A stretch of 64,000 nucleotides of DNA from positions 496,001 to 560,000 of the forward strand of contig NW_026782240.1 of the NCBI RefSeq assembly GCF_031769215.1, in the 5' to 3' direction. Of this stretch, positions 38,601 through 48,775 are shown one piece after another. Source of the DNA: Ylistrum balloti. Its lineage: Eukaryota. The translations under genes and the position numbers were made by a program. Under the pieces are notes generated by a model. That model did not search any database. It was not told the DNA's origin and saw nothing but the letters and a program-made list of their open reading frames with translations. Position 1 is the stretch's first letter. Each line of letters begins with the position of its first letter.

Positions 38601-41600
38601 GCAAAAGATGAAAATGAACAGGTCAAAATATCTTCACAGGGCGTGTATCTTTGCTTTGCTGACAGCAATTCCAATGATAGAAAATGGTTGGAAATATTTA
38701 CACCAATGAATGAAACTATATAAAAATGAATGGCTTCGATGGTGATGAAGACAGGAAGTATCTGGCAAGACAATGAGTACATGATGTGATGTACTAGCTC
38801 TCACAGGTAGACCACAAACTGTGAATCATTTGACAAAATTTGAGGCAAGATATCTCTTTAAACTGACCAATAATTACATTGATTATCTTTATCATGGCCC
38901 AAGCATATCATGATGAATTGAAAGAATGGCTGAAGAAACAACAGCTAAAAATGGTGTCTAGATGATAGCCTGTTTCAGACATAATTATCACGATATGGCT
39001 GGTCCAAACAATATTTTAAACCAAATTTAAAAGATAACATGCATGAATAATTTTTCTTTTGTCAATTTCTTTTTTGCAAGGGACTGTTGACCTGTAACTG
39101 GATGATCATCCCTCCCCTTTGGTTGGTGTCATAATTGCAAGCATTCCTAGAAGACATCTAAAAGTGGGGACAGAGCTGATATGCAAGTTGGGGCTTATCT
39201 AATGGAAGACAAAATAATACACAATGCTGACAACTCATTTTAACATGAAAGATCAGTACAGACAACACTATCAAAACACCCACTTATTCATGCGTGTCAG
39301 AACCTGGTCACATGACTGTTCTGCTGTACGCTTATTTCCAGAAAGGTCGCGACCTCCACTTCCTGTGTAAGTAAACTGTTCTCCATCATCCTACAACATA
39401 AAAATCAACTTATTACAACATACAAAAGAATTTTTTTTGTATTTTGCCATAAATTTTTATTCTATGAAAGTGTTGTTATAAGGCTCCTTTTTTTGAAAAT
39501 TTCTATCTCTTTTCCTTCTTTCTAAAATAACTTTTTCTTTGCGCTTAACAGAATATTTTTATCTTGTAAACTGTTTAACAATAGGCAATAAAACTCAAAG
39601 CTGCAGAACACTTAAGAACAAGATGTAAATGGGGTAATGCCTCCACTTTAAGACTAAACACATATGGCAGACTTTATTATGATATATTTTGTCCCAATGA
39701 CACATGTATCTATTATGGTCTAAATGTTGTATTTCATCAAGCAACCTGCTTCTTTAGGATCTTCATTCCTGCCATTTTTGTTATACATATTAGACATGGG
39801 TGTACAATTCTGTGAAGAGACAGTAAGTGAAAATGTCATTTTGATTTTAGGATCTATGGGTCTAAATTACAAATCAAGCAAATCCTGATGATTTTGTAAT
39901 TGAAACAAGATCATTTGTGGTTAGAGCTAAGCCTTTGATAGGTGTGACCTAACATTATTAATCAAAATAAGTTGGCTTTCTAAATGGAATAATTTAATAT
40001 TTTAGTTACATGCAGATATGTATATTTGACAAATATTCAAACATTGCCTTTCTCAGTATTTTTTGTTGGCTTCACACTTGAAACATTGAAAATTTATAAA
40101 TTAAAACTTCAACTCTATCACAGGTTTTCCTATGAGATTTAATTGTTGCCTAAAGTGCTTCCTACTGGAAATTGAGATGGAGGAACGAATTACATGTATC
40201 TAGAAAGTAAAAAAATCAGAAGCTTCTTTGTTGAAATGGTTGTATTCAGGTTTTAACATTATATTTTGTTCTTTATGATTTAACAGTTGAAGTATATTTC
40301 AGTTTGCTTATATAAAAAAAACACTTTGACCTGATTGGGTCATGGTAATTAGCTGTCTGAATATGCAACTTGATTATGTATTATGTACCACTTCAATGAA
40401 ATTCATGTATCCTTGTAGTATACATGTATGTTAATTAATTTCTTTCATGTTAATTATCAACTTATTGTACAGAAACTAGACAAACAGTACCATATGCATA
40501 TGTTTCATGCTTTATTGAACAACACAGATTTTATCAATTCTATTAAAGAAACCATGAATTTCAGAGATTTAGTGTTAATTAAAAAATTTTCCAAAGGTGG
40601 GGCTACCCATACTGAAAAAAGTGCACCAAAGTATACTTTAATGTTGCTTTTAGTACATACATTAGTGTACTTTTTCTGAAAAGTACAAGAAGTATACCTT
40701 TTTTGTACTTTTCAAATCAAGTCATCATAACTGGTATTTTTTGTACTAAATTTGGACTATTTTGTGCTTTTTGAGACTTTCAAAAGTACTTGTTAAGACA
40801 TATTTATGTTCTTTTTGTGTGGTTTCTGAAATTACCTGTAAAATACTATAAAAGTATTTACAAGTACAAATTAAGTACACTCATTTTGGTCTGTGCTTTT
40901 TCAATACTTTGTATGATTTTTGTACTTTTATGATACTATTTCTGTACTATTTATGTACTTGATCTGTGGTATTATCAAATATACCAAAAGTATACTGTTA
41001 TTAGCCTTTTTTGTACAAATGAACTTTTTTGGCCTCAATTTGGGATGTTGAATTTTCAGTTCAAAATTCAGCCGAAAAAAGTCTATTTTTGTACTTTTTT
41101 CTGTACTATTTTTATACTTTATTTCAGTATTAGTTTTGATCAGGGCTAGTGAGAAAAAGTGTTCAGGTTATCAAATCATTTAAAGAATACAACAATTCAT
41201 AGTCACAGAACACCTAAATGGCTGATAATTATTAACAATAAGGTGAGGAAATTGTACCTTGTCATCTTCATAGCCTCCAGAAAGTACAATAGAAAATGCT
41301 CCAACATCTTCACGTCCATGGATACCAGCCACATGTGGTCTGTGTACTCCAGCCTCGCTAACCTATTAAGACATGTAACACAGTATTCTTATCTCCAATG
41401 ATTAAATAAAAGCTTCAAAGCTATCTGGAATACAATACCTAATACAAGTTTCTGTCCTTTTGGGCAGTGTGGTTAGTGTAGTGGATATGTGTAGTGATAT
41501 AAATAACATTTAGTACAAGTTTCTGTCCTTTAGGACAGTGTGGTTAGTGTAGTGATATAAATAACATTTAGTACAAGTTTCTGTCCTTTAGGGCAGTGTG

Positions 41601-44600
41601 GTTAGTGTAGTGATATAGATAACATTTAGTACAAGTTTCTGTCCTTTAGGGCAGTGTGGTTAGTGTAGTGAAGTGTAGTGGATATAGATAATAAGAATTA
41701 TGGAAATCCAATTCAATACAAGTGATTTCAAAATTAGTTTATTCTTAGAAATATCAAAGTTTTTTCCCCCCAACTTATCTTGGGGTACAACTTTTAAACA
41801 AATTTTAATCTTTATTTTAACTCTAAAACTTTGTCTGAATAAATGAATACTTACCTGAACCCTGAACTTCCACAGGGTGCCAACCTCTACACCAGGAATG
41901 GACCCAAAATGATTTGCTGGAACAACTGTGCACACATTCTGTCGGCCCACACAAGCCATTCCCTGAAATAGTGAGATTTCCTACCTTTAATTCTGCACTA
42001 AAGATAGTCCCTTCCATGAACATATTCTTGTTCATAAAAATATAACATAGGCTTCAAAATCAATCTAATCTTATTCTTAACACATATGCATTATGGTCCT
42101 AATGGTACTACTTGCAGAAGTTTTAATTTGGTCCTAATGGTACTACTTGCAGAAGATTTAATTTGGTCCTAATGGTACTACTTGCAGAAGATTTAATTTA
42201 ACTATATTCACAGTCTAATGCATCATTAAATAGCTGTCAACTCTCAACAACAAGGACAAACCTAAAAATTGGCTTCAAGAAATTAAAGAACTACAAAGTG
42301 TCCAAGGTAGTTGATAACACAAAAAAAGTTATTACTATCCAACCTTACCCTGCCCCAATCTTGTCTTGTATAGATATTAATACAGAACCTTACCCTGCCC
42401 CAATCTCGTCTTGTATAGATATTAATACAGAACCTTACCCTGCCCCAGTCTCGTCTTGTATAGATATTAATACAGAACCTTACCCTGCCCCATTCTCGTC
42501 TTGTATAGATATTAATACAGAACCTTACCCTGCCCTAATCTTGCCTTGTATAGATATTAATACAGAACCTTACCCTGCCCTAATCTTGCCTTGTATAGAT
42601 ATTAATACAGAACCTTACCCTGCCCTAATCTTGTCTTGTATAGATATTAATACTGAACCTTACCCTGCCCCAGTCTCGTGTTGTATAGATATTAATACAG
42701 AACCTTACCCTGCCCTAATCTTGTCTTGTATAGATATTAATACAGAACCTTACCCTGCCCCAGTCTCGTGTTGTATAGATATTAATACAGAACCTTACCC
42801 TCCCCCAGTCTCGACTCGTGGAGTTTGTTGATGATGCCATCCTGGCTTTCTTTTTGCTTTCTTTTAACTTCTCACCAGCTTTTACAATTGCATCACTGTC
42901 TGTTTTACAATCTGGACAATACCTGTAAAAGTATCTGTGTGTAAATAAATTCATCAATGTGTACTGAAACATGTTTTCCATCATGTATACAGGATACCAG
43001 ATATTTGGTTTTCAAACTTTTTGATTTTTTGTAATATGTGTTTGAAAAATTTCGGCGTATATCAGATACATCTAATGAACTCCAACCAACCTTCTGGAGA
43101 TTATATTACACATACATGTACAACTCATTGATCTTAAATCACTCTTTCATTATTCCGAATTGAAGCCAAACTTGTTGCTACAAAAACTTATCACCACTTG
43201 TGAGGTAATTTGCCCTCTAGACACATCTAAATTCTGTCTTATCAAAAGGTATACTTTTCTGAGGAATATTTAAGATTAGTATACTGCAAATTCATGCGGA
43301 GAGAGATTTTTGGCTAGTCACTTTCATGGTATGGGTTTAAGAAAATGTATACTGCTACAAAGAGTGAAACAGTATATCAGTGTTACAAAGACTACAAGGT
43401 GAAGTAAAAGCACTTTAACGTAATCTTTCTGCTACATCATAGAAATTGCTCTTCATTTTGTTTTGAAGTAATTTTCACATGTGCAGATGCACAGAAGTCA
43501 ATGAAAGACCAGATAGTATCCTATTAGATAACATGATATCAAATAGAAAATTGTAAAAATTTGGTTTTAATAATGAACACATCAGATGAAGTATCATTTC
43601 ATGTGCGATTAAACATTTTCAAGGCTCCCTAAAAAAATTGCAGTGTTAAGGGTAATATCATAATGAATTCAAAATTTGATCAAAATTAAAATACACATGA
43701 ACATGCTGTTTTCCCAATTTGGAGCTGCCTCCTCCTTGTCATTGGACTGTATAAAAACCTACCACTCATCGTCCTCAGGAATACTGTCGAGCGGAGGGTT
43801 CATACACTGGAGATGGTAGGCCTGGTCACACTCATCACAGAGGATCTGTTTGTCAGGGTCGTTCTTACCACCACACACACAACAAGCACAGTGCTTACAT
43901 TTCCTACGAGGGTTGTCCATGCAATGACTACAATCTGGCTTGTTCTGACCTGCAGATAAAACAATGAAAATAATCAAATGCCTCTCATCATGTGAGGAAA
44001 AGTTGTGCAATGACAAGCACCGTAAAGGTTGGGTCTTATGTTTTATATACATTTATTTGGTTGCTACTCAACAGTAAACAATTGATAAAGTTCACCATAA
44101 AAGTTTGTAAAATTGCTTTCTGGCAGATGATTTCCCATGGTAACATACGCTAACTTACGTTTCACAGGTGATTGTGACGGATCTTTAGTAACATCTTCCA
44201 CATTAAGTTGTGTACCAGCTTTTTCAATTTCAAATATTTCATTCAAAAATAGAATGTTGCAGTCATCAAGAGGCATGAGGTCAGGGCTGGATAGAAAAAA
44301 ATTAATCATAACTGCAAGCTTCTGAACTATAATCAACACCTGTGGCTTTCTCATTGCAATTTCTTTTATTAATTTGATGCAAAATATAAATATTCTTGAG
44401 CAACTTTTCACTGTAGATCCAAATTTTGATGTTCATATCAAAAGAAGGATTATTTCTTTCAGTTCATTTTGTAAGCTCCTCAGCTACAATAAATATCTTT
44501 TTGCTCCATGTAGATGTTTTTATGCAAAATAATACAAGAAGTAACTTTGTAGATATAAAATTTGTTATTTTATCAGGAAAAAATGCTTTTCAATTAAAAA

Positions 44601-47600
44601 TTGTATTTAACAGCTTGTACTGTAAGAATAGCAATATAAATGACTCAGTCCACAAGAAACAGTAATATTTTTTTCACTCTTCTGGTCTTTGCTATTTTCA
44701 AACAATATGTACTCTTGCATCCTTTTCTTACCCTATGAAAACTGTTGCTAAAATTTTCTTGATTGTTCTGGTGTCCTGTTTCTTGGTGATAATAGCGTCG
44801 TACCAGAACCCACGCTGGTCTGGATCATCAACATTGTAATTTATCATAACTTTTTGTCCTTCTTTAACTTCTGAAAGTTTTAAAATTGTCTTCGCACGTG
44901 GACGGATTCTTCCACATGTAAGCTCCTCTGCATCTGTATCTTCATATCTAAAATTGTGATAAGGTAACATAATAACAGTAAGGAAAATTCATTTACCAAT
45001 AAAACAGTCTACAATGACCTTTTATACAAATACAAAGTGAACTTTACATTTCCAAACAAAATGATTATTGTATATCTGCAAGCCTAGTTTTCTTCAATAC
45101 CTTTTTGATTACTATTCCTTATAAGTGGATTTAAAATAGTCTTATCACACAAGGAAATACAATTCTAGGACTAATTCAGGTTGAACTATACAAGTATCTT
45201 TATATTTGTATAATTTTACAGTGTTGTGTTAAGTAAAATAATACAAAATAAACACATTAAGTTAATTCATTAGCAAGCATATTTGTGTGACAGGTAAGGA
45301 AGACTTGTTAAACGAATGCTTAAGTAAATTTTAAACTCATTAATTTGAATCTTTAGCAAAAGACTTTGTTAGTTTGCTGGTAGATCACTCCGCAGCCAGG
45401 ATCATTTAAAAGGAGCTCCCTGTAGCTACTGGTGGCTTTGTCATTGAGCATATGGTAAGTCAAATGCACATACTCAAGAGTAATCAAAATGTTTCACCAA
45501 AAGACACACCCAAAGCTAAGATACAAAGTTATAGTAATACTTCTGTGTACAGTCTCTATTAAACATACTATCACTTTTAAATAATAGTTATGAACAAGTT
45601 ATGAATTTCTCATCACAACTGAGAAGCTTCCTCAGTATGATCTATTCAGCAATGGTTTACTTACTTACCCTTCAAAAACAACATGATAAACAAAACCATC
45701 ATTTAAATTGTCTATTTCCTCAAAGTTTTTGTCTGTTTTTATTTTGTCTGTTTTTTCGCTGTTGTCATCCACCTCCATAGAATTGTCACCAGTGTCATGA
45801 CTGCCTGTTTGTTCACTAGAATCTCTAAGTTTTTCACTCAAAAGGTTATTGTTGTGTTCAGTTCCAATCACTGTATTGTCATTATTGTTAGGTTCAGCTA
45901 CTTTCTCCACTTTTTTCCCAGTGTCTACCACAATTTTCACAATTTTTGCCTCAAACCATGCTCCTACTGAAGTATCTCTTGCATCAATTATGTCTCCAAC
46001 CTGAAAATGACACCAAGTAACAATTCTTAATTATAAGATGGACCTTTTGTAGTACAAATATCAGCAGTGTGTTAACAATATCCATAACTACTGGAAAATG
46101 TATATATATATATATTTAGACTTTCTGAAAGTAAGTGTTTTAAAAGATGTAAGCAGTCTAAAGACTTTGAAAATTAAACTTTCTGTTTCATGGATATCTC
46201 TCACAAAAGTTTTCTACCACATTTTTCAACACAGCAAACAAAATAATGTGTTAAAGATGAAATTAAACAATGTAATATAATCCATCATTTGATTACAATC
46301 GACAAAGTCCTTAGAACATACCTTATATGTAGATTGTAAATCTTCTACAATTTCTTTACTCTCCACTTCTTCATTTGATGTCGAAGCAACCCCAGCATCT
46401 GGCGTCAAGGGCTATAATTACCATGAAAAACTGATAGTTACTAATGGAATAACATACATGTTTATACTTTGAGAATTCAGATATTTTCCTATATTTCTAT
46501 TTCTGTATGAAGTTAATTAAAGGGTTTATGATCAGATCTTGGTGCCTTCGAATGCAACAGCTATGTTATGTTCTGCGAAAATTGGATCAATAAAGAAGAA
46601 AAACCTGTTAGCCATTTCACTTTTGTGATCAGTCCCACATTGTACAATTCATAACATGGAAACATGGGAAACCTACATGAGAATGATCCATCAAGTACTA
46701 CTCAAGAAATGGCAATAACAAGGATGCTGGCCAATTTGAACAGCTCACATACGAAGGTGGGCTAATAACATCATGTGGGTCATCAAAGAATGAAATGACA
46801 CTTGCCTAAGCTAAAATGAAATTTTTACATACTTAATAATACTTATTAATTGTTGCTATAAGTAATTTTTCTAAGTACCCTTTTATTTTCCTTGTCTGAG
46901 GCAGAACTCTCCTCTCCACCACTGTTGTAGCCATTGATTTGAGATGTGACTTTTTCGGATGGTGCATCTTGTCTAACCAAGATCTGTATCAGGTCATTCA
47001 GGCCAACATTGTAGTCAAACAGTGAATGTCCATCTGTCAACTGGGAAAAAATGTTCACAACCTGGTTAATTGCCACAGAATTATACTGAAATTACAACTT
47101 GCAATTATACGTCCTGAAGAAGCCTCTGTGACAGAGGCGAAACTAGTCGACAATAAAGTCAACACTCTCTTAATCAGTAATGTGCGAGTATGTTGTGATT
47201 AATAGCCTCTTCATATATACTTCTTAGTCTTTGTTTAATTTACCTCCACAACTTTAGAGTATCCATACTCACAGTGAAGTCCCCACCAAACACCCACTTA
47301 CTTATACCTGATGTTGGCTGCTTCATTTTGAAACTAGCCATAATATTATAAAAATCAGAGATAAATGAAACAAAAAACAAGCAGTTATCAATGAAAGTAG
47401 CCGTCAGTTAATCAAGGTGATTATATAATTATCTTTTCAATGCCTCAACTAGGGACTGGACCATGTATACTTGTGCTTAAATGATCAAGTAGAAAGAAAT
47501 TCTCTCAAGCCAAGTGATATTATGCCTTGCATTTTATCTACAAGGGTTTACTGTTATGTCCATTCAATCTCTTCTTCAGTTTGAACCAGATATGATGACT

Positions 47601-48482
47601 TGTACTTCACTTCCAGCTAAAGAGAAGCGCTTTATGATAATACTCAACTTTCTACTGTTCAGTCACAGGCAATTAACTTGTAGAAGAAAAAATTGGGTAT
47701 ATAACAGATTATATATAAATACTTTCTTTTCCATCAGCAAACAAAGTGCTATACATTAGACCTGTTGTTTTAACAGTTTAATTAATATATACGGTGCTTG
47801 CGATTAAATTGCCTATAATCCTCCTGCTGAAAAAGAAATGTATTGATTGCCATTAGCAAACACTAGTGCTCTGATCACTTGATTTTTTGCATTCTTCGGA
47901 CTATTGACAAGTTCCCAAGGAATTCAAATTGGTGTCTTTTTTAATGTCAGCCCTATATTATGTAACATTATAGTAATAACCAGGGACGTATATATACGTC
48001 CCTGTAATAACTAATAACTTTATGGACAGTAATGAGTTTGCGTAATGGCCAATGGCCTTCCAACCCTCTAATTAAATTTTCCAATGGAATTTGCCACGTG
48101 TATTGTATTTGATTCAATGTGAAGTATCTCATTTGTTGAATAAACAAGTCAATTTATTTACTGTAGCTGCTAGTATTTTTGACAACATACCTAACATTTG
48201 ATGCGTGATGTAATTAGCACTTAACATTCATTATGCAATGTGATAACGAAAACGACAATCCTGTCTTTGACTAAGTCATTATGAACTGTTTCCTGATAGC
48301 CTAGTAGGTATAAATAGTGAACAAATCACCTGTTTCCCTCTGTAAAATAAGCGTTGTCTATCAGTTGGGGCATTGAACTTTGCAACAAGTCGCTCTCGCA
48401 AATCTTCAATTTTCGTCAACTTCGACAAGTTGTCAACTTGCATCGAAATCTTCCCATCGAAACTTCTGACTTGAATCCACAT
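32644..48482 (-). CDS. UHRF1: E3 ubiquitin ligase UHRF1 (UBL-TTD-PHD-SRA-RING), complete, 838 aa
   Basis: 17 phase-consistent exons: 48330-48482, 46879-47040, 46322-46411, 45669-46000, 44732-44947, 44159-44286, 43763-43949, 42799-42922, 41855-41962, 41258-41362, 39284-39390, 37640-37802, 35903-36040, 35124-35232, 34263-34408, 33703-33801, 32644-32793 (2517 nt including TAG). Motifs: [103 protein letters not shown]. Confidence 0.97.
33021..33612 (+). mobile_element. Non-autonomous HINE-like repeat in the last UHRF1 intron
   Basis: Starts aacaagaggctcatgggcc and ends gacagacaaagcatgatgactataggtcatcagataacctaaaaa; a similar start occurs at 25538 (aacaagaggtcccttggg). Confidence 0.5.
35429..35527. 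repeat. 34-bp tandem repeat, 3 copies
   Basis: aaatctatcaattttatccatttacctgtcagat. Confidence 0.9.
37215..37590. repeat. Degenerate 30-bp minisatellite, intronic
   Basis: cacatcacagtcaaacaccaatgattccca-type units; explains ORFs 37312-37524 and 37355-37606. Confidence 0.9.
41443..41680. repeat. 58-bp tandem repeat, about 4 copies, intronic
   Basis: tacaagtttctgtcctttagggcagtgtggttagtgtagtgatataaataacatttag-type units at 41514, 41572, 41630. Confidence 0.9.
42095..42199. repeat. 35-bp tandem repeat, 3 copies
   Basis: ggtcctaatggtactacttgcagaagatttaattt at 42095, 42130, 42165. Confidence 0.9.
42341..42815. repeat. 45-bp minisatellite, 10 full copies plus the exon end, spanning the UHRF1 exon 8 splice donor
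   Basis: Minus-strand unit CGAGACTGGGGCAGG|GTAAGGTTCTGTATTAATATCTATACAAGA; units start every 45 bp from 42341 to 42791; true donor at 42799/42798. Confidence 0.95.
47981..48004. other. Perfect 24-bp palindrome flanked by a 7-bp direct repeat (possible micro-MITE or footprint)
   Basis: TAATAAC-CAGGGACGTATATATACGTCCCTG-TAATAAC in UHRF1 intron 1. Confidence 0.55.
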
Positions 48483-48775
48483 TGCTCAGATTCGGAGATC
48501 AAACAAATTTGTAAGATGTCCGTCCTACAGCAACCTATCAGTCAAAACAAGGGTACATGTGTTTGAGTGGCGGGAAAATAATGGGGTGTTCCCGCGGTAT
48601 TTCGGAACATTATATGTATGGAAAATGAAGACTAAATATCCGATAAGTTCCGAAATGACGGAAGTTGTCAACGACGCGACCTTGTAGCCTTGACCTGAAT
48701 TGACCTTTACACCAGCGACAAGTCGTGATCCCGGATTGACAGGTGTTTCGTTGTGGAAGCCGGCAAGGCGGCGTT
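48483..48775. promoter_or_regulatory. Bidirectional promoter / 5' UTR region shared by UHRF1 and DHCR24
   Basis: ATGs at 48482 (-) and 48776 (+) with 293 bp between them; CpG-richer than the flanks; GGCGGGAAAA (48569-48578), TTCCCGCGG (48589-48597), ATGGGGTGTT (48581-48590), TGACCT-gaat-TGACCT (48691-48706). Confidence 0.8.

Noticed and set aside
40600-41150. AAGTAC-rich segment ending in CAGGG, possible MITE
   Set aside because: The ends match only partly and no TSD could be established.
42298-42831. 177-aa ORF ([15 protein letters not shown])n
   Set aside because: Antisense reading of the 45-bp donor array.
18418-48743. Orphan exon as a distant alternative first exon of DHCR24 via the AG at 48741-48742
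   Set aside because: Phases do not join in frame and it would span all of UHRF1 antisense.
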